From a virus, in the IMG/VR virus record IMGVR_UViG_3300045988_135019: a stretch of DNA of 64,000 nt; one strand, written 5' to 3'. Shown here in pieces: positions 1-9,000 of the stretch; the stretch's first letter is position 1; each line of letters starts with the position of its first letter. The notes beneath the pieces are model-generated. The model did not search any database. It was not told the DNA's origin and worked only from the letters and a program-made list of their open reading frames with translations. A program made the position numbers and the translations under genes.

Positions 1-1813
1 CATCTATTTCTTCAAATACTGGTACATGATATGAATTTGTAATATAATCTCTATCTGTAATTCCTTCAATTTCTCCAAATCTATTTTTTAAACATTTTGC
101 AAATTTGTAAGTTGTACTTTCAATAGGAGTACCATAAACACTATAATCAATATTTTCTGCTTCTTTCCATTCTTTACATTTATCATTTAGTTTTTGCATT
201 ACTTTTAATCCAAATTCTTTTCCTTTTCCGTTATCAGTATGACTATGTCCTGTCATATATTTTACACATTCATATAATCCTGCATATCCTAATGATATTG
301 TTGAATATCCATCATGTAATAATTTTTCAAGACTTTCTCCTTTTTCTAATCTTGCCAAAGCACCATGTTGCCATAATATTGGTGCAACATCACTAGTTGC
401 TTTGCTTAATCTTTCATGTCTACATTGTAATGCCTTATGACATAATTCTAGTCTTTCTTCAAATATTTTCCAGAATAATTCTTCATCTCCATTAGAAGAT
501 AAAGCTACATCTGGTAAATTAATTGTTACGACACCTTGATTAAATCTGCCATAATATTTTCCTTTTCCTTCTTGATAATTTAATGCTTTTGAAGGATTTC
601 CTTTAGTTCTCCAAGGTGTTAAGAATGAACGACATCCCATACAAGGATAGCACTCTCCTTCTCCCCATTGGTTTTTCTTTAATTGCAACATTATTTTTTC
701 TGAAATATAATCTGGAACCATTCTTTTAGCTGTACATTTAGCTGCCAATTCTGTCAAATACCAATATTTACTGTCTTTGTGTATGTTATCTTCTTCTAAT
801 ACATAAAGAAGTTTTGGAAATGCTGGTGTAATATATACACCTTTTTCATTTTTAAATCCAAGCATTCTTTGTTTCAAAAATTCTTCGATAATCATAGCCA
901 ATTCTTCTTTATATTCTTTAGTTTCTCCTAAATACATACAAACTGATAAGAATGGTGCTTGACCATTGGTATTTGTCATGCTGTTGACTTGGTAATTAAA
1001 GGTTTGAACGCCAGCTTCTATTTCTTTTTTTGTATCTTTTTTTGCAAAATTCCAAGCCTGTTCTTTATTTAATCCTCTATCTAAATATTCTTGATAATAT
1101 TTCTTAAAGCTATCTCTTACAAACGGTGCTAAATGAGATAGCGTAATAGTGCAACCACCATAACTAGAACTTGTAACTGCCAATATAATTTGAGTTGCTA
1201 TTGTAGCAGCTGTTAAAAATTTATGTGGTTTTTCTATCATTACTCCATTAATTAAAGTACCATTTTGAAGCATATCTTCTAAATTTACTAATTCACAATT
1301 ATGCAATGCATTTTGTCCAAAGTAATCCATATCATGAAAATGTATTATTCCTTCATCGTGAGCTTTCACAACATCTTTAGGCAATAATAATCTTCTACTA
1401 ATGTCTGTGCTAGTAATTCCAGCTAAATAATCTCTTTGAGTGGTAACAACTTTTGCATTTTTATTAGAGTTCTCGTTATTCCAATAATCGCTATTTCCAC
1501 CTATTAATTCTTTAATTTCATCATCTGTAGTATTGATAGCTCTAACAAGATTTTTCTTTTCTCTATATATGATATATTGTTTAGCTAATTCAAATTTTCC
1601 TAACTCCATTAATTTTTTTTCTACAATATCTTGTATTTCTTCTACAGATATAATATCTTTATCTATATCTTGAACAAATTTTGCAATCTCTTTTTTATTT
1701 GCTATACTAGCTTTTTCTCTGCCTTTTACATCTTGATTGGCTCCAGAAATTGCTTCAATTATTTTACTTATATCAAAGTCAACAATATTTCCATCTCTCT
1801 TCTTTACTTGCAT
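1..1813 (-). CDS. nrdD: anaerobic ribonucleoside-triphosphate reductase (class III RNR), N-terminal ~604 aa; C-terminus lies beyond the window edge
   Basis: Not in the ORF track because it is open at the window edge. My translation from ATG 1813..1811 (GGAGTGG upstream) gives an ATP-cone MQVKKRDGNIVDFDISKIIEAI, then EGIIHFHDMDY, SSSYGGCTI, CYPCMGCRSFL and ITNSYHVP. No stop down to position 1. Confidence 0.9.
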   Translation of the reverse strand, partial: MQVKKRDGNIVDFDISKIIEAISGANQDVKGREKASIANKKEIAKFVQDIDKDIISVEEIQDIVEKKLMELGKFELAKQYIIYREKKNLVRAINTTDDEIKELIGGNSDYWNNENSNKNAKVVTTQRDYLAGITSTDISRRLLLPKDVVKAHDEGIIHFHDMDYFGQNALHNCELVNLEDMLQNGTLINGVMIEKPHKFLTAATIATQIILAVTSSSYGGCTITLSHLAPFVRDSFKKYYQEYLDRGLNKEQAWNFAKKDTKKEIEAGVQTFNYQVNSMTNTNGQAPFLSVCMYLGETKEYKEELAMIIEEFLKQRMLGFKNEKGVYITPAFPKLLYVLEEDNIHKDSKYWYLTELAAKCTAKRMVPDYISEKIMLQLKKNQWGEGECYPCMGCRSFLTPWRTKGNPSKALNYQEGKGKYYGRFNQGVVTINLPDVALSSNGDEELFWKIFEERLELCHKALQCRHERLSKATSDVAPILWQHGALARLEKGESLEKLLHDGYSTISLGYAGLYECVKYMTGHSHTDNGKGKEFGLKVMQKLNDKCKEWKEAENIDYSVYGTPIESTTYKFAKCLKNRFGEIEGITDRDYITNSYHVPVFEEID

Positions 1814-1868
1814 GTTTTCCACTCCTTATTAAAATTTCTGTCTATAAGAGATAATTCTCATTATATAT

Positions 1869-1897
1869 ATTATATCACAAATCCTTATAAATGTCAA
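1869..1897 (-). promoter_or_regulatory. sigma-70-type promoter for nrdD (TTGACA-17-TATAAT)
   Basis: Minus strand: TTGACA at 1897..1892, exact 17-nt spacer, TATAAT at 1874..1869. Confidence 0.7.
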
Positions 1898-1921
1898 TAG
1901 TTTTTTTAAAAAAATATAAAA

Positions 1922-2488
1922 TTATTGAGACAATTCTACATCAAAATTAAACTCTAAACATTTTCTTGAAGCTAAATAGTCACATTGATGAACAAATTTT
2001 TGCATTCCAGTAGAAGGTTTTTGTAATACTTCTCTATTGCTTTTATAGTCCGTCGTCCATCTTCCCATATGAGTTTCTATATTTTTTGCTATAATTTCTC
2101 TCCATTCAGGATTAATAACTCCTTGCGATTTTCTTATAGCTTCAGCTGCTAAAATAGGGTGCTCTACAACTGTAAATCTTGAGCCATTATTTCCGTGTTT
2201 TCTACTATCATGTAAAATTAAACTAGCTAATATTAAATCTTGTTGGTCTTGGTTATATGGATACATTTCTGTTCTAAATAATTCATAAGCTATTCTAGTA
2301 GCTGCTTGGGTATGTCTTACCAATCCACCTTCTCCTAAAGCATAGCCAGGATGATATTTGCCTGTTGAACTTGCTGCTACTGTGAAAAAATATTCAGGTG
2401 TTTCATTTAAGCATACTTCAACAAACTTTCTTATTTCTATGTTTTTAATTAAACTTAATTCTTTTGAAAATATTTCTAATCTATTCAT
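1922..2488 (-). CDS. HD-domain phosphohydrolase
   Basis: Motifs GKYHPGYALGEGGLVRHT and LILHDSRKHG. Start moved from the track start to ATG 2488 (MNRLEIF), which has GGGAGA 6 nt upstream. Confidence 0.8.
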   Translation of the reverse strand: MNRLEIFSKELSLIKNIEIRKFVEVCLNETPEYFFTVAASSTGKYHPGYALGEGGLVRHTQAATRIAYELFRTEMYPYNQDQQDLILASLILHDSRKHGNNGSRFTVVEHPILAAEAIRKSQGVINPEWREIIAKNIETHMGRWTTDYKSNREVLQKPSTGMQKFVHQCDYLASRKCLEFNFDVELSQ

Positions 2489-2960
2489 TTGAAATCTCCC
2501 ATTTTTTAATATTATATTGACCATATAATCCATAAAAATTTGCGGCTTCTGATATACTATTCCATTCTCTAATAAATTCACCATTTAAGTCATATTGATA
2601 TATGGCTACTTTGTATCTATTATTTTTCAACCCCATTTTTTCTGCATGTTGTACATTTTCACTAGGAGTACACCACTCCAAATTATCAACTCTGTTATTA
2701 GATTTATCTCCATCAATATGATTGACTTCAGGCTTATTATCTGGATTTACTATAAAATTTTCTGCAACTAATCTATGAATGAGTTTCGGAGTTTTTGTAG
2801 CTCTTTTTGATAATGACACATATTTATATCCTCCACTATCTGTTAAAGTTTTTAATACTTGAGACCTCTTTTCTCTATTATAATTTAAACTCATTACATT
2901 ACCAAAATTACTTATTTGATATAATCCTTCATATCCTTTTATGTCTTTCCAAATTTCCAT
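2481..2960 (-). CDS. free-standing HNH homing endonuclease (NUMOD4 / HNH_3-like)
   Basis: MEIWKDIKGYEGLYQISNFGNV, then PEVNHIDGDKSNNRVDNLEWCTPSEN. Paralog of ORFs 9948..10523 and 49818..50393. Confidence 0.85.
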   Translation of the reverse strand: MEIWKDIKGYEGLYQISNFGNVMSLNYNREKRSQVLKTLTDSGGYKYVSLSKRATKTPKLIHRLVAENFIVNPDNKPEVNHIDGDKSNNRVDNLEWCTPSENVQHAEKMGLKNNRYKVAIYQYDLNGEFIREWNSISEAANFYGLYGQYNIKKWEISNE

Positions 2961-2962
2961 TA

Positions 2963-3562
2963 TTACTTTTCTACCTCGTCTACATGTACCGCTATTAAAT
3001 CAGCAAAATGCAACATCATAGCAAATGGATATTTATCATAAGCCGAACCTAAGGTATTCCAATCTTGTTGACCACTATAAGCACCCATATGCTATCTAAT
3101 CGCCATTCTTTCATAAGGATAAAGCTTAATATATTCAGAAATCATTAAAACTGATTTTTCTCCATGTCCATAAGGTATTTTATCATCTACCGTGTAATAA
3201 GGAACTTGCTCCCATTGACCTGTCTCTTTGTTTTTAACATTTCTAGTATCCTCAGCATAAAAATAAGTTTTGCAAATATCGTGTAACAAAGGACATATAA
3301 TATAACTTGTTTCGTCTTTAACATTCTCTAAAGGAAAAACTCTACTTTCTTTTAATTTAATAAATTCATTATAAACATTTAGGCTATGAACCAAAAGTCC
3401 TCCTTTATAAGCTCCGTGAAATCTTGTACTTGAAGGTGCTGTAAAAAAGTCTGACTTTTCTAAAAAATTAATTAACTCTTCTATTCCTTCTCTTTTAGTA
3501 CTTCTTAGCAACTCAATAAATTGATTTTTTAGATTTTGAATATCTAAATCTGTTAATTCCAT
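2963..3562 (-). pseudogene. HD-domain phosphohydrolase with an in-frame TAG at 3092..3094 (N-part 3095..3562, C-part 2963..3091)
   Basis: N-part has FHGAYKGGLLVHSL and LLHDICK and starts at ATG 3562 with AGGAGA upstream. Reading through the TAG in the same frame gives HMGAYSGQQDW...LHFADLIAVHVDEVEK up to TAA 2963..2965. Confidence 0.7.
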
Positions 3563-3572
3563 AATATTTCTC

Positions 3573-3776
3573 CTATCTTCTAAAATCATCATAAAATAGT
3601 CCCATATATTCAACCACTTCAACATTGTAATGCTCAAAAATTTCGTTCAAATCTCTTTCTTGTACAAATATAGCACCATTTTCTAATTCTAAATATTTTC
3701 CTTCTTCTATTTTGTCTTGTGCAGTATCTTTTAAAGCATTTGTAGTTTTCAAAGTTACTTTAAAAATCTTTTTCAT
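3573..3776 (-). CDS. hypothetical protein
   Basis: Track ORF in a co-directional packed array. Confidence 0.5.
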   Translation of the reverse strand: MKKIFKVTLKTTNALKDTAQDKIEEGKYLELENGAIFVQERDLNEIFEHYNVEVVEYMGLFYDDFRR

Positions 3777-4245
3777 AATTACTCCTTTCCCATTTATTAT
3801 ATATTAATTTATCTTTGCTCCACTCTTCTCCATAATAATTTTTAAGATATTGTTCTGCAAAATCTTCATATCTTAAACATTCTAATCCGTGGTCTTCTTC
3901 ATAATGGCAATTGTCACAAGCTGTAAATATATTCATTGGTATGCCTAAGCCACCTTGACTTCTTTTTATAAAATGAGCATTTGCATTATCCATTGGTACA
4001 TTCTTATGACAAAATATACATTGGTGATTGTCTCTTTCCCAAACTATTTGTTTTACTCCTTGTTGAATATCAGTAGCCTTAGTTCTATCTTTTTTCTTTC
4101 CTTTAATAGGTTTGATTTCTTTATATCCTTTCAATTTACATTTGTCACAATCATCTTTATCTATCTCAGATTTAATATCAGGATGATTACAGTAAAAATA
4201 CTTTTGGTATTTTTTAGACCTTATTCTTTGATATTTACAACTCAT
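3760..4245 (-). CDS. HNH endonuclease with Cys-rich N-terminus
   Basis: CIFCHKNVPMDNANAHFIKRSQGG...CDNCH. Start set at ATG 4245 (MSCKYQ) with GGGGAG upstream. Confidence 0.7.
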   Translation of the reverse strand: MSCKYQRIRSKKYQKYFYCNHPDIKSEIDKDDCDKCKLKGYKEIKPIKGKKKDRTKATDIQQGVKQIVWERDNHQCIFCHKNVPMDNANAHFIKRSQGGLGIPMNIFTACDNCHYEEDHGLECLRYEDFAEQYLKNYYGEEWSKDKLIYNKWERSNYEKDF

Positions 4246-5335
4246 TTTTAACTCCCCATTCATTTTTCATAGTATCAATCTCTTCATCGGAAAGCGTGTC
4301 AATTCCCATTTCTTTACATTCAGAAACAATTCCATCTATGAATACAGCCATTTCTTCTGTAGTATAGGTAGAAGAACCAAAATAGCATTGAAGTTGTATT
4401 CCAGATTTTCCATTAATTGTAACTTCTCCTAAATTTCTAACTAATCTCCATTCTTCTTCTATTCTACTAACAACATTTGGCTTTACAATAATATGAGTAA
4501 ATACTCCATATCTTCCTAACATATCAATATATACCTCATCTTTACTTTTATTAAGATATTTACCCATCTGTTGCATTAAGTGCCAAGCATATGAATTAGC
4601 ATCTTTGCTTCTTTTTTCAGATTTCTTTTTAATTTCTACAGCTAAGTCTCTATTTGATTTTATATAGTTATTTAAAGTATCTACAATATTCATATTTGTT
4701 GTTTCTAAAGTAATATTTAATTGATTTGAGAATTGGGAACTAATATTCTTAATTCGTGCAATAAAGTCCATACTTTCTTCTCCTTCATCTTTTTCTATAT
4801 AATTTTGATTTTTCATAAATACTAATATTCTTTCTGAATTATCGTTAAAACCACCCTTTGAATTAGTTCTCTTAATATTTGAAAGAATATGTTCTTTAAC
4901 AAGATTAAAACCTATTTCTTTAGCTATTTCTATACTATCTTCTACAAGTTTATATTCTAAAAAATTATTTATATTCAATATAAAATATCCATTGTCTACT
5001 AAGTATTCTTTTATATTTAAAAATGTAGGTTTTAAATAATTGTTTTTCCATTCTTCATATGTTGTACCTTCTGTATATGATTGATTTCCTATTTTATAGT
5101 CTTCTAAATAAAAGTATGGTGGTGAACTAAAAGCCACTCCTATCTTATTCTTCCATTCAGGAACTAATATCTCGCTACCTTGAGTTCTTATGTCTACATT
5201 TGTAGTATTGTTTGTTGTGTTTTTATAATCTATAGCTAATTGATTTAGTCTTTCTGTAAGTAGATAATTAGGGTCAGTGCCAAAATAGTTGACATGATTT
5301 TTAAGAGCACCACATATTCTCCCCCCCATCCACAA
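4235..5335 (-). CDS. C-terminal portion of a split DNA methyltransferase (SSPPYF motif IV), continuous with a NinB/Orf-like recombination domain (about 4235..4771)
   Basis: Frame after the G7 tract reads GGRICGALKNHVNYFGTDPN...AFSSPPYFYLEDY. The C-terminal 178 aa (from MDFIARIK, ATG 4771, GGAGAAG upstream) resemble lambda NinB as I remember it (RSKDANSYAWHLM; YFGSSTYTTEEMAVFIDGIVSEC). Confidence 0.6.
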   Translation of the reverse strand: MWMGGRICGALKNHVNYFGTDPNYLLTERLNQLAIDYKNTTNNTTNVDIRTQGSEILVPEWKNKIGVAFSSPPYFYLEDYKIGNQSYTEGTTYEEWKNNYLKPTFLNIKEYLVDNGYFILNINNFLEYKLVEDSIEIAKEIGFNLVKEHILSNIKRTNSKGGFNDNSERILVFMKNQNYIEKDEGEESMDFIARIKNISSQFSNQLNITLETTNMNIVDTLNNYIKSNRDLAVEIKKKSEKRSKDANSYAWHLMQQMGKYLNKSKDEVYIDMLGRYGVFTHIIVKPNVVSRIEEEWRLVRNLGEVTINGKSGIQLQCYFGSSTYTTEEMAVFIDGIVSECKEMGIDTLSDEEIDTMKNEWGVKNEL

Positions 5336-5802
5336 CTAAAATCATAATAATTATTATTAACATTATATTCTTTAAGTATTTCATCTACTGTTTTAATAGG
5401 GAAGTTCGCAGGTTTACTACAAACACCTTTCCCACCTAATCTAAAACAAGTTTCTATTTTTTTTATTGTACTATCTGTGTCGGGATAAATTTTTTTATTT
5501 TCTAATGTTTTACTAATAAAAAATTCTACTAGTTCTTTGCATTCTAAAACTTCTTCAATGCTCCATTTATTATAATAAATTCTAGTCTTAGCCATCAAAT
5601 CTTTGACATAATAATTAGTGATAGCTGAGTTTTTTACTCCACCATTTTCTAAGTTTATAAATTCCTTTTTTACTTCTTCAAAATTAGGTTTTGTGTAATA
5701 TGCTTTTCTAATTTCTTCAAATTCTTTTTCACTTATATTATATATATGTTTAGTAGATAAGGTTTTCCCTTTGTAATTGATTATTCTTTCATTATTTTCC
5801 AA
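5245..5802 (-). CDS. N-terminal portion of the split DNA methyltransferase (through motif I DFSCGWGG)
   Basis: Ends ...NNYYDFSCGWGG, then runs out of frame. Starts at TTG 5802, 10 nt after AGGAG. Confidence 0.6.
   Translation of the reverse strand: MENNERIINYKGKTLSTKHIYNISEKEFEEIRKAYYTKPNFEEVKKEFINLENGGVKNSAITNYYVKDLMAKTRIYYNKWSIEEVLECKELVEFFISKTLENKKIYPDTDSTIKKIETCFRLGGKGVCSKPANFPIKTVDEILKEYNVNNNYYDFSCGWGGEYVVLLKIMSTILALTLIIYLQKD
5321..5327 (-). repeat. G7 (C7 on the plus strand) homopolymer at the frameshift point of the methyltransferase
   Basis: Plus strand reads ...attct ccccccc atcc... The two overlapping track ORFs 5245..5802 and 4235..5335 change frame here. Confidence 0.9.
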
Positions 5803-5828
5803 TTTTCATAATCTCCTTTCTTTATCTA

Positions 5829-5857
5829 ATTATACCATATTTATAATTAAATGTCAA
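5829..5857 (-). promoter_or_regulatory. sigma-70-type promoter (TTGACA-17-TATAAT)
   Basis: Minus strand: TTGACA 5857..5852, TATAAT 5834..5829. Confidence 0.7.
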
Positions 5858-6033
5858 GTATTTTTTGAAATATTTTTATAAATTGTACTACTTCTAATAT
5901 CTTTCCATAAAATTTTATAGTTATCTAATTCAAGATAATGTCCAGTTGATTTAATGTATTTTCCTATTATAATTGCACCATTTTTTAAGATACAATAAAC
6001 TTTTTGACCTTTTCTAAAATTATGATGAACCAT
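5854..6033 (-). CDS. small hypothetical protein (59 aa)
   Basis: Below the track size cut-off. ATG 6033 with GGGAGAAG upstream; MVHHNFRKGQKVYCILKNGAIIIGKY...; TGA 5854..5856. Confidence 0.35.
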   Translation of the reverse strand: MVHHNFRKGQKVYCILKNGAIIIGKYIKSTGHYLELDNYKILWKDIRSSTIYKNISKNT

Positions 6034-9000
6034 AATCTTCTCCCATTACGATATAATTAACTATAAAATCATCAAATTGGGTAGTAGACCTTTCCCATTT
6101 TTCTGTTTCTCTATCTAATGTCCATTTTCCTTCTCTTTCAAATGAAGGAATATTTAATATTCTACCTATTTCAAAAGGTTTGTTATCAAATATAGAGTTT
6201 TTAATTTTTACTTTTTTATTTTCTCCATTGTTTATTCTATATAAGTCTATCCATTTGCTTTTGCCTTTATCATTTATATCTACAACATACCACATTAGAT
6301 TATTTTCTTTGCTATCTTTAATATCTATATATCCAAAATATTGTAATTGATATTGTATTTTATCTTTTAATGAAATATCTTCATTTGGTAATTTATTAAT
6401 TAAATCGCTCAAGCATTTATAACTATCAAATCCAGAATATTGTTTATCTGTTTCTTTACTACAATATTCTTTTAAGTATAATTTTTTTACAGAATATTCT
6501 TTATCTTTCTTTAATGTTTTTTTGCCATATAGTTCATTATAAATATCCATAAAATGTAACAATTTACCTATATTCCCAAACTCTGCAAAATAATCCAATT
6601 TAATCAATGTTGTTATATCAGCTATTCCAATACTATTTTCTTTACAATCAATTAGTAAGTCTAAAAAGGTAGGATACTGTTTATCTTTAAGAAGATATAA
6701 TTTATCTCCAACTGTCTTTGATAAGCCTTTTATACTAGATATACTTTTATAAATAGTGTTGGTTCTTTTATCACAAGTATATTTTCCAAATGAATATCTA
6801 AATTTTGGAGAAGATAATTTAATTTTAAAATAATTTAATTCTTGAGTTAAGTTATTTGTTCTAGCAAAATCTCCTTCATATGAATTTAAAGTAACCGTAT
6901 AATATTCTAAAGGATAATGAGATTTTAAATAAGCTCCATATAGACTATCATAGGCATAAGCTAAAGAGTGGGAGCAGTTAGAAACAACCAATCCACTTTC
7001 ACTTATAAAATTATGAGCAGGATTTTCCATTTCAATATCATACACCCTATCCTCTCTCAGATATTCTATTGATACAATTTTTTCAATTTTCGTTGGAATT
7101 CCTTTTTCCATAACTTTTTTTCTACCATTTTTATAATGTATTTTCTTATGGCAATTATTACATAACCACATTAAATTGGTTTCATCATTATTTGTCCTGT
7201 CATGGTCTTTATGGTGCAATTCAAATTTTGACCCATCAAAAGTTTTATTGCATATAACACATGAATTTTTATTTTGGATATTTTTCATATATATAACTTT
7301 AAATTTATGATATTCTCCATTTTCTTTAACTTGAAAACCTTTTTCTCCTTTCTTTGGGATATTCTTTTCAAAGTTACCATCTGTAAACCTATAAGTATCT
7401 GGATGTTTTTCGTATAATCCTTTAATATATAATTCATCTCCTATAGCTAATTCTTGTAATTTTTTCTTGCCTAAGGGAGTAGGAAAACTATGGTTTAAAG
7501 TACAATCGACATAACATCCTGAAGAAGTTTTTACTCTATAGATTTTTTGTTTGCCAGTAAAATATATATTCACTATTTTATTTTTATGAATTCTATTATC
7601 GTCAAACATAGATAATGCATTCCCGTATCCTTGAGAATTATATTTTTTATATAAAGAAAGATGATTTGTTCTTTTTGCATATTCATAGTCATTTTTTATT
7701 AGATACATTTCTTCCAAAGTTGGATAAAAAACATTCCTTTTTTGCCCCAATCTTTGAATTTTAGTATCTCCAGCTAAACAATTGAAAGAATATCTTGCAG
7801 CATCTTCTACTATTTGCCAACTTTCTTCAAAATGATTTTCTGTTCCAACTTGCTTTTTCCAACCTTCTAATAAATTGTTTTTTAATTCTACTAGTTCCTT
7901 TTCTTTAAATTTTTTCTTAGCAATTTTTTTAATAATGCCATAAGAATTATCTTCTGGAACTCCAAGCCATATCAAATATTTCATAATTAATTCTTGATAT
8001 ATCATTCTGTGCGAGCCATCTATCAACAGTTCATCTAACTTCTCTATTCCTGTAGTATAAGGTTTTCTATCAATAAAATCTTGCAATAGACTAGCACATC
8101 CTGGTCTTAAAATCGCCACAAAAGCTGACATTTCTGCTACAGACCTTGGTTTATATCTTTTAACAAGTCCAGTTGCATAATCACTATCCACCTGATTTAT
8201 TGTAGCTGTTAATCCATTTGCATAAATATCCCAAGTTTTATCATCTAGCTTTTCTGTTAATTCTGCTATACTTGGAGTTTTTATTCCTGCTAATTTACAT
8301 GTATCATTGATTAATGCCCATACTGAAACAGTTAATAAATCATTTTTTAAATATTTATAATTATCACTCTCATAACTTGTGATATTTGCACAAATTACAT
8401 CTCCAGCTTTAACTAATCCTACTTCTTCACTAATTTTTTTATCCATCAAAAGTGTGCTGCAGGGATGCTGTGCAATACTTTCTATAACTCCGACAAAATG
8501 TTGACTATCGTCTATCAAATTTTTCCATTTTTCATTTTCATAATATTTGCTTTCAGTATAAGATTTTTTTACTTTAGAGAGTTCAGCTAAATCAATTGCT
8601 ATGTCATTATATTCGTTTATATTTAATCCATTTGCTTTACACCATAGTCTAAATCCGCTAGATATTTGCAAAGGCTTATATGCTAACATCCACCAACATC
8701 CATCTTCTCCTAATAATTCTTTAGAAGCATCATAGAATGGCTGAGTATTAGCACAATTGAAATCTATATCTGGAAGAGAATGGCTTTCAAGTATCCTTGT
8801 TTTACTCATAAATCTACTTGGAAATAAAGTAATAGGAGCTGAAATTCTGTCTATGTTTGTAAAGCCTAATAATTTATTGATGTAAAAACTTGGAGCAGAA
8901 CCTCTGCCTGTTTTAGTTATAACTCCATTATATTTTTCTACAGAATTTTTAATTATATAATAGTTTAATAAAAAATATTCTGCCATATTAGTATCTTCGA

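Noticed and set aside
1922-3562. The two HD-domain ORFs as exons of one gene split by an intron that carries the HNH ORF 2481..2960.
   Set aside because: Each ORF has its own complete H...HD...D motif set, its own RBS and start, and a full-length C-terminus, so they are paralogs. The HNH gene is free-standing, with its own start 3 nt after the upstream stop.
5802-5817. A further frameshift at the start of the SPPY methylase. ATG 5809 with AGGAG upstream opens only a 5-codon ORF (MKIGK), one nucleotide out of frame with the main ORF across an A4 run.
   Set aside because: The main ORF has a TTG start (5802) about 10 nt from the same AGGAG, which is an acceptable start. I therefore do not need to invoke another indel, although a homopolymer error cannot be excluded.
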